This document shows positions 1 through 9,900 of a stretch of DNA of 64,000 nt, in pieces (the first letter of the stretch is position 1; each line of letters opens with the position of its first letter). Source of the DNA: a virus (taxonomy: Duplodnaviria > Caudoviricetes); the IMG/VR virus record IMGVR_UViG_2622736508_000001. One strand, given 5' to 3'. A program made the translations under genes and the position numbers. The notes under the pieces were generated by a model. The model saw only the letters and a list, made by a program, of their open reading frames with translations, ran no database searches and was not told the DNA's origin.

Positions 1-694
1 GGTTGCGAAAATCTTCAGCCAACCTCCTGTGCTGAACTTCATCAAAACCATTCATCATGTCAATATTCCCGTAATCATTAAAAACGCAATCATATGGAGG
101 ATCCAGGAAAATAAAATCGTCCTCCTCCGCAATTGCAAATATTTCATTATAGTCTACATTGTAAAGTTCAGCGCTTTGTAATAGTAAACTATGTTCTTGT
201 GTAATTAATCTTGTATTTAGATTAGGATAACGACCAAAAGGCACATTGTAATCACCATTGCCATTGTAACGTATCATTCCAGAATACGCAGTTTTATTTA
301 TAAAAAAATAGAGAACACCATCTAAATATGTTTCATCTGGATTGTTAAATAAATTTCTCATCATATAATACAACTCTTCGTTTGCATTTGGAATTCTTTC
401 ATTCGGATGCTCTGATTTTAGTTTTTTATATGCAGATTGATTATCTTCGTATTGTCTCTGTAATTCATTTAGTTGCTCACGCATTTGAGGATATTGATTC
501 CTAAGCTGAAAGTAAAAAGTCATCAGCCTCGTATTTATATCATTAAGAATTGCCCTGTCCGGCTCAATATGAAAATACACTGCACCGCCTCCCAAAAAAG
601 GCTCAATATATCGATCAAAATCATCAGGAATATATTGCAAAAAACGTGGAATTTCTCTTGATTTACCACCTCGATATTTTAATACTGGATTCAT
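1..694 (-). CDS. Dam/DpnM-family DNA adenine methyltransferase (3' end runs off the window)
   Basis: Manual translation from ATG 694 (RBS AGGAGT): MNPVLKYRGGKSREI...YIEPFLGGGAVYF...NKTAYSGMIRYNGNGDYNVPFG...DFIFLDPPY. Not in the ORF track because it is truncated. Confidence 0.9.
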   Translation of the reverse strand, partial: MNPVLKYRGGKSREIPRFLQYIPDDFDRYIEPFLGGGAVYFHIEPDRAILNDINTRLMTFYFQLRNQYPQMREQLNELQRQYEDNQSAYKKLKSEHPNERIPNANEELYYMMRNLFNNPDETYLDGVLYFFINKTAYSGMIRYNGNGDYNVPFGRYPNLNTRLITQEHSLLLQSAELYNVDYNEIFAIAEEDDFIFLDPPYDCVFNDYGNIDMMNGFDEVQHRRLAEDFRN

Positions 695-793
695 TATATC
701 ACTCCTACAATACTATATATAGCGCAAATCAAACACACCAATACTATATACAGTGTTTATTTGCTTGATAGACAATTTTTAATATGTTATAAT

Positions 794-820
794 ATTCATT
801 TTAAAAACAAAAACTCCTGC
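794..820 (-). promoter_or_regulatory. Sigma-H (Spo0H)-type promoter upstream of the Dam methylase
   Basis: GCAGGA-GTTTTTGTTTTTAAAAT(17 nt)-GAAT matches the Bacillus sigma-H consensus AGGA-N17-GAAT. Confidence 0.6.
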
Positions 821-841
821 AATTTTGCTTCCGTTAGCTAC

Positions 842-873
842 AAAAATGCCGCCCCGCCCGAAGGCAGAGCGGC
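842..873 (-). terminator. Rho-independent terminator ending the lysis cassette
   Basis: GCCGCTCTGCC-TTCG-GGCGGGGCGGC followed by ATTTTT. Confidence 0.85.
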
Positions 874-878
874 GATAA

Positions 879-1514
879 TCAGAACAGAAAAAATAGCTTA
901 TTCGTCATAATGGTATACTTTGTTTCCCAGCCACTTTCATTGCCACCAGCATGATATTCAACCTCTATCGCCCGATCCTTGCTAAAATTACGTTGCAGGC
1001 CCACTGGTATATAACTATCTCCGCTGTGCCGGCCATAACCAACGGACCATTCCCAATTACGATAGTTGTTTACCTTGTACACGCCAACTTGCCATTCCGT
1101 TGCCCCGCCAGGCTGCTGAACCTCCTGCGGCGCGGTAAGCGTCCGGTCTGACTTTTCCAGCGCAGCCGGCGGCAAAGTAGGGTCTTTGGCATTTATGCGG
1201 TCAGCTACACCAACCGCAGCCTGCTGTACGGTAGGAGCTTCCACGGTAAAATTATAGATAGGCTGTACTTTCCCAGCCTGCGCCTGCTGGACAGCAGAGG
1301 CTAGCATTTCGGCATTTTGCTTGGATAGCTTCAGCTCGTTCTGCAATGCATTGACGTTTGCCGCCTGCTCTTGGGTGAGTGTGACCGCCTGCTGCAGCCG
1401 TGATTCTTGCGCCTGATTGTAACTGATACCCCAAAGCAAAAGGGCCAGCACAACGGCCAGCCCTACGATGTATTTCCAGTGATTCGCTATAAAACGTTTT
1501 GCCTGATCTAACAT
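879..1514 (-). CDS. Membrane-anchored coiled-coil lysis protein, candidate spanin
   Basis: Last gene of the lysis cassette. N-terminal TM (YIVGLAVVLALLLWGI), Q/A-rich coiled coil, C-terminal amphipathic beta-strands, ends in Phe. Confidence 0.55.
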   Translation of the reverse strand: MLDQAKRFIANHWKYIVGLAVVLALLLWGISYNQAQESRLQQAVTLTQEQAANVNALQNELKLSKQNAEMLASAVQQAQAGKVQPIYNFTVEAPTVQQAAVGVADRINAKDPTLPPAALEKSDRTLTAPQEVQQPGGATEWQVGVYKVNNYRNWEWSVGYGRHSGDSYIPVGLQRNFSKDRAIEVEYHAGGNESGWETKYTIMTNKLFFLF

Positions 1515-1516
1515 AC

Positions 1517-1708
1517 TTACCCCTCCCTTAAAATAGCGGTCACAGTCGATTCAGTCCGCGCTAACGGCACATCAATTTCAGTGCCGCCCTTGACTGAGAT
1601 ATAGCCGGTTGGCTCGCCATTTAGCAATACTGCAGTAAGGTCTTTTGCCATAATACCGGCGGGCAATGCATATATACCGGACCGATCAACTTTTTGCAAA
1701 ACAATCAT
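1517..1708 (-). CDS. Small hypothetical protein in the lysis cassette
   Basis: 63-aa ORF coupled to the endolysin stop (TAATG). Confidence 0.6.
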   Translation of the reverse strand: MIVLQKVDRSGIYALPAGIMAKDLTAVLLNGEPTGYISVKGGTEIDVPLARTESTVTAILREG

Positions 1709-2295
1709 TACGACACCCCCTGATTCCTATACCAATTTGCCTTGCCCCGAATAACATTGCCACCTTCACCCGGCGCCACCCCAGGGAAAAACCATAAATC
1801 CCAACGCTCGCAACTATGCTCCGGCCCATGCCGGCCATCCGGGTACCCATTGGCTCCATATCCAGGATTCAGGCCGTCCTTGTTGTCGGCCGCCTCAGCA
1901 TGCGTCATGACACGTTGCAGATCAATCGTGAGATCAAGCGCTGCTGCCAACACAGCTACAACCTGCGCTGCGGCTTCGATCTGCGCGGGCGTTGGCGGCT
2001 CCAGGCCAAAATTATTGGTAGTGGCGTTATAGGCGCAGGCCAAAGAAATCCCAATTGCTCCGGAATTGCGCCGGTAAGTATGGGATTTAGCTGCGGCCAG
2101 ATCATTTGCGCTGACATAAACGCTGCCATCTGCGTCAATATTTATATGGTATGAATCAAAAAACTGGCCGTAATGGCCAGCCGTCCAATGCAGGTACAGT
2201 TTTACATCCCTGTCCAGCGCCCGGGCTTTATCCCAAAGGTTATTTTTGCTCTGTAAAGCCAGTTCCCGAAGCTCCATTAATGTTACTTTGCGCAT
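1708..2295 (-). CDS. Endolysin, N-acetylmuramoyl-L-alanine amidase (Amidase_2-like), no cell-wall binding domain
   Basis: LYLHWTAGH...YHINIDADG...SHT..RNSGAIGISL...MTHAE zinc-amidase motifs. AGGAGG is best spaced to ATG 2295. Confidence 0.85.
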   Translation of the reverse strand: MRKVTLMELRELALQSKNNLWDKARALDRDVKLYLHWTAGHYGQFFDSYHINIDADGSVYVSANDLAAAKSHTYRRNSGAIGISLACAYNATTNNFGLEPPTPAQIEAAAQVVAVLAAALDLTIDLQRVMTHAEAADNKDGLNPGYGANGYPDGRHGPEHSCERWDLWFFPGVAPGEGGNVIRGKANWYRNQGVS

Positions 2296-2572
2296 TCTCA
2301 TTTCCTCCTTTTACTTGCCGCCATGTATCCAGGCCACGCTTAATTGTATTTGATCCGAGCTGCAGCCCGAGCGCCGTGAGTACCTTGTCCAGCATTGCAG
2401 TAAGGTTTACGGCCGTCTCCGGATACAACAGCATCCTATACACAATAACAATAACAGTTATGGCCAGCATGGCGATGATAACCCGGTTCAGGGAAATATC
2501 CTTGGGATCATAACTTTCAGACAGAACTAAAGGCAGGTTACTGAAAACCTGCCTGATATTTCGCCAGAACAT
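2240..2572 (-). CDS. Holin
   Basis: 110 aa with 1-2 hydrophobic helices and a charged C-terminus, directly upstream of and overlapping the endolysin. Confidence 0.7.
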   Translation of the reverse strand: MFWRNIRQVFSNLPLVLSESYDPKDISLNRVIIAMLAITVIVIVYRMLLYPETAVNLTAMLDKVLTALGLQLGSNTIKRGLDTWRQVKGGNENAQSNINGASGTGFTEQK

Positions 2573-2582
2573 AAGCTCCCTC

Positions 2583-2897
2583 CTAATTTTTAATCAGCCA
2601 CATGATAATGCCCACAAAAAAACCGCTTACTGCACCGAGTAAAGCGGCTGTTCTATAGATACCCGCGATTTGTTCTTTGATCGCTTCGGTCAACTCTTCT
2701 TTGAGGTCTTTACTGGCCAACTGCATATTGTCAAGCCGATGGTGCATAGATTTTGACGATGCTTCCAGTTTTGCAATGGCAATTTCATGGGCGTCAACCT
2801 TTGACCTGCAAGGCTGGCACTGGGACAGCTGCAGATCCTGGCGCGCCTCGATCCGTGTTAATCTATCCAGTATCTCGCGTTCTACTTTTTCATCCAA
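2583..2897 (-). CDS. Coiled-coil protein with C-terminal TM helix (XhlA/antiholin-like)
   Basis: Coiled coil followed by AALLGAVSGFFVGIIMWLI; first gene of the lysis cassette. Confidence 0.55.
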   Translation of the reverse strand: MDEKVEREILDRLTRIEARQDLQLSQCQPCRSKVDAHEIAIAKLEASSKSMHHRLDNMQLASKDLKEELTEAIKEQIAGIYRTAALLGAVSGFFVGIIMWLIKN

Positions 2898-2914
2898 TCT
2901 CTCACCCCCGACAT

Positions 2915-2948
2915 ATAAATAATAGCCGCCCGATCAGCGGCACGGCTC
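2915..2948 (-). terminator. Terminator-like hairpin between tail and lysis modules
   Basis: GCCG-TG-CCCG-CTGAT-CGGG-CGGC followed by TATTATTT. Confidence 0.55.
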
Positions 2949-2968
2949 TCTCGGCATTATTGGTCACC

Positions 2969-5128
2969 TCACATGATAAATGCGTAGCCTGTTTTTAGAC
3001 GCGGGGTGATTTGGACGTTGATGGACTTAAGATATGGTGTTATCCACGGCAGATATCCCAAAGGCAGCCTTCCTTCAAAGTCAGCGTTAACTCCACCTCT
3101 TAGGTTAAAAGTAGTATACTGATTAGTATTATTACTTGTTAATCCAGCTCCGGGATGTAAAGTCTGCCCTGGCGATATTGCTCCTGAAACGCGCACCCCA
3201 GTAGAATAACTGACTAATGTCATAATTTTGTCATCAAAGTTTAACGAAATACCTACCGTGGTAGGCGTGATCGTTCCGGTTGGAGCACCACCTATAAAAG
3301 ATCCGTTGAGTATTAACCTACTTTGACCAGCCCACCAACCATAGTATCCTGGAAGATTGTATAGAGAAGCATTCAAAGTAAAAACTCCCGGCTGAGGAGC
3401 ATAAAACATTTTTGTTGTACTCTCAAAATACCATTTCCCTGAGTCTTTACCACAGCTAGTATACATAGCTTGACAGTAATACTGGGTTCCGGCGTTTCCG
3501 GAAATTGTATCCCCAGAAATAGTCAGAGTTCCAAGTTTATAAACAGTAGCAACCAGGGGAGGCAAGTAGTTTTTGTCTAAATATATAGCAAAATCCAGGG
3601 ATGTTGGAGTAAATATTTCTTGCCATCGCGCAAAAACAATTGAATTGACTGTAGCTGCATCCATTCCATATTCACCGATATTGTCAATAGCTACAGTTTC
3701 CCATGTACTGTTAATAAGAGCTCTCCAGGTTAGGCCTTTGTTAAAGCTAACTAAAATTTTAGCATTTTCAGCTTCAATATTTACTGCCTGTAAGCCCGTG
3801 TAGCGCGCCAAGGGTATACTGGTATAGTTAGTAGTTTTTATGACTGTATCAATTTTACCGTCGGGAACCATAAAACACGGATACTTGGCAGGAGCGTACA
3901 CATAAGCAGGGTTAAATCTATCCCCGTCATAGCCTCCATCATAGCTTCTAAAAAGCCTTTCTACTGTTGTTCTCCTCGTTTCTTCCTTGAAGATTTCAAA
4001 ATCCAGATACTCTCGCGAGCCGTCAGGGTATAGATAGTTAAGTCGGCACGGGTTATTACCTGTCTCAAGCTGGGAAGGCATCACAGTAAACGAAACGCTG
4101 CGCAAGTCAATGTCAGTAGGCTCATAAGGGATTATGACTGTCTGAGCAATTTCCAATTGATAGCGTCCCATCAGCGGAAATCCCTGCGAGTTTGTGGCTT
4201 CAACGGTAACAATCTGGCTCCTGTACTGATGCGTGGGAGTAACCAGCAGCTTGAAACGATATTCGGCGTTAGAGGTAATTACAGGGTCGTCAATAAAGTA
4301 TCCCGGGCAATTAGAAGAAAGACCGGCAGTTATTGGCTCAGCTATTAAAATGCCCAAATGGTTTCTACTCAAAATTCCTAGTTCAATATCATTAGTTAAG
4401 CTACCAGGGAAGATGGAATAAAGCTCACCAAGTTCTACTTGAGATAAATCCATCCCAGCCCATTTTCGGTTTAATCGCTCACCTGGCTCCATGTCAGATA
4501 AAAAAGTGCCCCCGAGGGGAGTTCTAATCACAGGACTGGATTGTGTACTTTCTATTTCACAGCCTCGACTAGCTGAACTACGCTGAGCTGAATCAACTAA
4601 ATCCAATTCAACCCCAGTAAAATTGATGATCTCGTACTCATTTACATCAACATAAGAACCCCAACTTAGGGTAGTGGACCTCCCCCCAAAGGGAATCAAA
4701 ACACTTCCTACTCCGTTAAAACCATTATATACTTGTGTCAACTCTACTCCTGAAAAATCAAACCCAGAATTAAATGCAGTTAAAGTTGTACCAGCTAAAG
4801 CTCTCAGTCCTATTCCAAAATGATATGGAATTCGAACAGCTAAATTATCAATTTCGATAAGTTTAAATCCCCCGGGGTCAGTTACAACCGATATAGGAGG
4901 AGAAACATAGTGTATTCTCAGGTCAGGAGAAGAATAGATTATTAAGTTGGCTGATGACACATTAGAACTTGTAGGAAATTTAAAACCTGCAGCTCTTATT
5001 GTTTTCATGCTTTCTTCGAACAGAGGTAAGTTCGTGAATGCCCCATAACTTGTTGCTGCTGTTGAGTAACCTGCGCTACCTGTTGCATCCCAGTTCCTGT
5101 ATATTCTAGTTATCTCAGCCATGGACAT
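2969..5128 (-). CDS. Putative receptor-binding/tail fibre protein with a SPRY-like domain
   Basis: 719 aa, beta-rich, AT-rich gene at the distal end of the tail module. C-terminal GKWYFE...VGISLNFD...LHPGAG...TFNL..F...LP.GYLPW resembles SPRY/B30.2. Confidence 0.6.
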   Translation of the reverse strand: MSMAEITRIYRNWDATGSAGYSTAATSYGAFTNLPLFEESMKTIRAAGFKFPTSSNVSSANLIIYSSPDLRIHYVSPPISVVTDPGGFKLIEIDNLAVRIPYHFGIGLRALAGTTLTAFNSGFDFSGVELTQVYNGFNGVGSVLIPFGGRSTTLSWGSYVDVNEYEIINFTGVELDLVDSAQRSSASRGCEIESTQSSPVIRTPLGGTFLSDMEPGERLNRKWAGMDLSQVELGELYSIFPGSLTNDIELGILSRNHLGILIAEPITAGLSSNCPGYFIDDPVITSNAEYRFKLLVTPTHQYRSQIVTVEATNSQGFPLMGRYQLEIAQTVIIPYEPTDIDLRSVSFTVMPSQLETGNNPCRLNYLYPDGSREYLDFEIFKEETRRTTVERLFRSYDGGYDGDRFNPAYVYAPAKYPCFMVPDGKIDTVIKTTNYTSIPLARYTGLQAVNIEAENAKILVSFNKGLTWRALINSTWETVAIDNIGEYGMDAATVNSIVFARWQEIFTPTSLDFAIYLDKNYLPPLVATVYKLGTLTISGDTISGNAGTQYYCQAMYTSCGKDSGKWYFESTTKMFYAPQPGVFTLNASLYNLPGYYGWWAGQSRLILNGSFIGGAPTGTITPTTVGISLNFDDKIMTLVSYSTGVRVSGAISPGQTLHPGAGLTSNNTNQYTTFNLRGGVNADFEGRLPLGYLPWITPYLKSINVQITPRLKTGYAFIM

Positions 5129-5137
5129 AAACCTCCA

Positions 5138-6001
5138 TTATGCTGTTCGTATTAATAAAGCCCTGCTTGGGAAAGAGGTATAACTTATCGAATGAGTAAC
5201 CAATACACGGTATGTCTCTGCTCCAATGGTTACGGTGTCCCCTGTATTCACGGAAGTATATAGCATGCATTTTATTCCGTCCAGTTTTCCCCTATAGCTC
5301 TCAGCCGCACTGCCATAATAAACAGAAGATATCATTCGCTTATTTCTTGCATTTGGGTCTCCCGGAGGCAATAAGGAATAAGTGGTTAAATTATACGGAG
5401 CAGTTACGCTAGCCACACCATCCGAAGTATTACATATTTGCACCGATGAAGTTGCAATTCCATATGCCGAGGCCCCTACCAGCATCCCTCTGTTGGCGGA
5501 ATCACTTACCAGTAAACTATCAGGTAGTCCCATATAAATAACTTGGGGTCCAAGACCGGTAGGGGCTGGGTACTCTAATACAAGTATAATTTTACTAGCG
5601 TCAGCATAAACGTGATAATTCACCTCGGTATCTGCTCCTAAAGCAGTAGTCAAAGATGCAACGGGAGCTACATATAGAGCTGTCCAAGCAAGTGATGACC
5701 TGCCAAAAGTTCCAGCTACCCCAGCCTCACCCGGCGTATAAGTATCTTGCAGCCGGTAAGACATGGCGCAGTAATCTGTAGTCACTACTGAATTAGCATT
5801 GCTGGCGTTTGTCGGCCTAATATTCAAAATCAATTCCTTATCTTCCGTATTTCCCGTGGATTTCAACACCACAAAGTCCGTTGCCGGGTTACCCGAAACA
5901 TCAGTCCATCCAGCAGCCACCAGCCTATCAATGATAAGCTGGTATATTTCACTTTTCAGGCAAGTACCACTCTGAAATATATAACCTGTCGGAATAGCCA
6001 T
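5138..6001 (-). CDS. Virion structural protein (paralogue of 13192-16650 genes)
   Basis: C-terminal YRGKLDGI...GDTVTIGAETYRVL motif is shared with the upstream tail proteins. Confidence 0.6.
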   Translation of the reverse strand: MAIPTGYIFQSGTCLKSEIYQLIIDRLVAAGWTDVSGNPATDFVVLKSTGNTEDKELILNIRPTNASNANSVVTTDYCAMSYRLQDTYTPGEAGVAGTFGRSSLAWTALYVAPVASLTTALGADTEVNYHVYADASKIILVLEYPAPTGLGPQVIYMGLPDSLLVSDSANRGMLVGASAYGIATSSVQICNTSDGVASVTAPYNLTTYSLLPPGDPNARNKRMISSVYYGSAAESYRGKLDGIKCMLYTSVNTGDTVTIGAETYRVLVTHSISYTSFPSRALLIRTA

Positions 6002-6017
6002 TGTAAATTCCTCCGTA

Positions 6018-6950
6018 TTAATCGTTTTGTATAATCACCGTAAACGTCACGCCGGTATCGTCTCCCACGGTCGAGGCTCGGATCACATCCCCGGCTGCAA
6101 TTTCGATATTGAGCGCCGTTACTGCAAATTCTTTGTAAACCTCGCCTTCCGGCAGTATGAGCTGCGCGCCGCCGACAAGCCGCCAGTTGGCCGCCTGCGC
6201 CACATAATCGTCCTTGGCCTGCACCTCCACGGCAAACTCCAGATCCTCAGACCGGACTTCGGCGCAGTTGATCTTAATCTGCTGCACTGAACCGGCCCAG
6301 GGATAAACAATTTCCGATTCACCGCCGATAAAGCTGATTGCCCGGACATCGGTATAAATAGCACTTCCTTTATACAAAAGCTTGCCGTCTAAATCGCTTA
6401 AATCGGTAAGCACCTGGGGAATATCCTGGATATTGTCCCAGTCGAGCACAATATCCAGGCTTTCTTTTTCCGCCAGCTTAATCCAGGCTGTTGCTGCCTC
6501 ATCCCATACATACTCAGCCCAGCCTTCTGCGACGGTCGGATCCCCGGTAGCATCCAGCACCCGCACCCGCAGCCCGTCATACGGCTCCAGGGCATCACGC
6601 GCTGCAATATCGGGAACAACACGCATTTCCTTGATATTGGCCGGCAGCTGCGTGATCGGCACCTTCCCGTCAGAATCAAGGCTGGCGTAACCGTCCGGCT
6701 GGCCCTTGTCGGCCTTATTCTCCTTTTTGGCCACATTTAACTCAGCCGCCGATACCCGGCCGGCCAAAGACGCCTGACCTTCCTCCAGCGTATCCTGGCG
6801 CTCTGTAATCCCTTCAAGATCGCCCAAAACGTCACCTAAAGCGCCCACCTTATCGTCCAGGATATCCATGTTTTTATTAAACTGATCCCGCCCTACCCGA
6901 TCCGTCGGTTCCAGTTTGTCCAGCCCCAATTTAGGCGTTTGCGTAGCCAT
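6018..6950 (-). CDS. Tail fibre/baseplate-associated protein
   Basis: N-terminus MATQTPKLGL...FNKNMDILD and KGQPDGYASLDSDGKVPITQLP, a motif typical of phage fibre proteins. Confidence 0.65.
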   Translation of the reverse strand: MATQTPKLGLDKLEPTDRVGRDQFNKNMDILDDKVGALGDVLGDLEGITERQDTLEEGQASLAGRVSAAELNVAKKENKADKGQPDGYASLDSDGKVPITQLPANIKEMRVVPDIAARDALEPYDGLRVRVLDATGDPTVAEGWAEYVWDEAATAWIKLAEKESLDIVLDWDNIQDIPQVLTDLSDLDGKLLYKGSAIYTDVRAISFIGGESEIVYPWAGSVQQIKINCAEVRSEDLEFAVEVQAKDDYVAQAANWRLVGGAQLILPEGEVYKEFAVTALNIEIAAGDVIRASTVGDDTGVTFTVIIQND

Positions 6951-6961
6951 ATCATCCCCCC

Positions 6962-9900
6962 TTATTGCTGCGGTACCGTAATGCGGTCAAAACTCGTCCC
7001 GTTATATTGCCAGGCGCTAAGGCCGCCCTGACCTTCCGGCACATAATAAGACAACAGTACAAAGCCATTCGCAAGGTCTATGACCTCATAGCTGTCCGCG
7101 CCGGTGACCGCCAATACTTTGCCATTCGGCACCACCCAGCCGCTGCGGCACAGCACTGCGCCCGGCTGCTCCTCGGTGTAAATTGTCCCTAAGATAACCA
7201 GCGGCGCGTCCTCTACCGGAATTTGCTTGTTATCCGCTTCGTTCGGCATGACCACAATCACACTGCCATCCCGCCAGGCTGCCCCGATGACATTGAGGGC
7301 AGCCTCTTCGGTTTCGACCGCATCCAAAACATAGGGCGGTTTCCAGCTAAACGTGCGCTGATGCAGCTGATACGATTCCAGGCTGTTCAACCTGGCCGTA
7401 ATTTCAATTCTGGTCTCCACATCAAAGGCCAGCTTGTCCAGGCAGCGCGTTGCCCAGGGATAATCCCACTCGGCAATCAGCCTGGTTGTAGTTGTTTCCT
7501 CGCCGTTTTCGTCAATGCTCGTTTCCGTAATACTGACAGCCAAAACTACTTCGCGAATTTTTTGACTGCCGACATACACCCGGATAACCGTTTGCAGGCC
7601 CTCCGGTGGGTTAATCGCCAATCCCGAAAAGAAATCGCTCACATCATTTTGGGATGTGCAGCCATAGGATTGCCGCTTGTTCCTGAGCGCCCAGGACAAG
7701 GTGAGATTGCCGGCCGCCTGGTCAATATGCGCCTGCTGCGCTTTACTATGTGTAGTCAGCCGGATTCGGCCCGGCGGCGTCGGCCGCTCCGGCCGGCGGA
7801 CTGTTGTCAGGGCCGTCACTTTGGTCTGGTCAAACGCCTCCTCCGCCTCCGCCGTTGCCGTGGTAATGTTGTAGGATTCGCTGGTAACATAACCCGCTGG
7901 GATGACCGCGCCCCCGGTCGTCACATTGGTATAAAAGCCGGCATCCACAAAAAATACCGGCGCACCGGCGGCGTGACTGGCTGGTACCGTATCATAGGTG
8001 GCCCGGATAATGTTCTGCACCCGCCAGCGGCCGTTGGCCAGCTGCGTCAAATTGCCCCAACCCATGATTTCATTGCCAATCATCAGCAGCCGCGCGCCGT
8101 TACGCGCTGCGGTAAATCCGGGTGTGCCGGTAGCTAAACTGCGCGCGGCCAGGTCTTCAATGCCGCCCAGGTCAATCACTTCAAAGCCGGTAACGTCTTC
8201 CATGTCGCTGGTTTCCAGATAATCGCCGGCCAGCTGCCCGACTGGCGTCCATTTGGTCCTGCTGTTGGTGGTCTGCCAAGTGTAATCGCGGTACCGGTGT
8301 ACGGTCCATTTCTGGGTCTTTAAGTCCGGCTGCGCCGCCAAAGCAAACACATAGCTGTCATCGACCTGCATGAATTCCCAAGGAGCTTCAAAATATTTAA
8401 AGAGCTGCACCCCGGTCGGGTAATTCTGCGGCGGCTGCCACTCGGTGGAGTCATTCGGGCTAAACTTGGATTTGCCCATGCCGAATACGTCCTCAATAGT
8501 GGTGATTTTCACTTCGCCGCTGATAAAGTCGCCCAGATCCACATGCGTCACCCGCAGGATCAGATCCTTGATTCCATAAGGCGGCCAGTTCAGTTTGATT
8601 ACATCGCCGTTGCGGACAAAGGCGGCCTTACGGTTGCAGATAAGTGTGGCGGCCGCTAAGGGAAATCCTTGCTGTTTCAGCTCTCGCTGCGCCGCCCACC
8701 GGGCATTGCCAGCCGTGGTAAAATAGCTGAACGTCAAATCCTGGACATTGTTATGGCCCTCGTTGATCTGGATATTGGCCGGATCGTTGACGGTTACAGT
8801 GCTGGTCTCATATAATGCGGCACTGTCAGTGTAGGACACGCAAATGGAACCGTTGGTATTGGACCAGACCGTCCGGGTAAATTCCACCGAGCTGCACATG
8901 GTTTCGTCAAACGTCGGCAGACTGCTGGAATCATAATCATCCCGGATGAGCTTAAAAGTCAGCTTACCGGTCTCCGGGTCGGTGTAGCGCACCATATCCA
9001 GGTGCTCGCAGATATCGTCAATGATTTGCCGGACTTCGGTCTTGGCCGTAATTGGCACCGTCAGGCCAATGCCTTCGCTTTTTAAGCGCTGGCCAATGGC
9101 AATCATGCTCTCGGTGTCCAGCAGCTCCGGGCTGCGGTTCAGGCCCCACTCAGCGTTGACATGCATCTCGTAGATGGCCTCCATGGGGTTGGCGTCGTCG
9201 CCGATCGCGCCCAGCCCCAGCCTGTTGGGTATCCATTGCAAATCCAGCCAGGTGTCCGGAATGCTGGCCTGCTTGCCAATGTAAGCGGGCGGCACCACCA
9301 GGCTGACAAACGGCCGGTACGCCGGGGTTAAGCCGCGTAATTCCTCCTGCACTGATTCTGCGCTCATCTGCTCAATCATCCACGGATCGGCCGGCTGATC
9401 GGCTCCGCCGAGATACAGGCGGATGTCGCCAATAAAACCGCCGCTTTCGTCCGGACCGCCGAACAGCTCATCATCATCGACACTGATGGTAAATGGCTCA
9501 TCCAGATGATCCTCACGAAATACATCGCCCGCCCAAACCTGCTGCTCGTTCAGATAGATGCCGCGTAACCGCATTCCCTCGCCTGATACACAAGCCAGCA
9601 GTTGATAGCCAAGGTAATATTTAAAGCCTTTTTGGATAGTGGTTTTTAAGTTCCGGCCGTTGATTAACCAGGACAAAAGCCACGTAAATAAGGCATTTAG
9701 GAGCGGTCCGGTCAGATCGTCTTTATAGGTGGCCCCGTTGGCCGTGGTTGTACCGGTTACGCGCCCGCTGCCGCCGGATGTCGTCACTGAGGCCCCGGGC
9801 GCAACGGTGGCGGGACTGGCCTGATGCCCGGTAGCTGGAGCGGCAATAAAGTTGGCAATTAAGGACAGTACCAGCGGCCAGGCGCTAAAGCTGGCATGCG

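Noticed and set aside
1252-1434. Nested ORF in the spanin candidate as an Rz1-like o-spanin
   Set aside because: No hydrophobic signal or lipobox before any Cys, and no RBS.
2293-2301. Met-Arg-Met dual start on the endolysin resembling the lambda S dual-start motif
   Set aside because: The first ATG is only 2 nt from the RBS, and dual-start control applies to holins, not soluble amidases.
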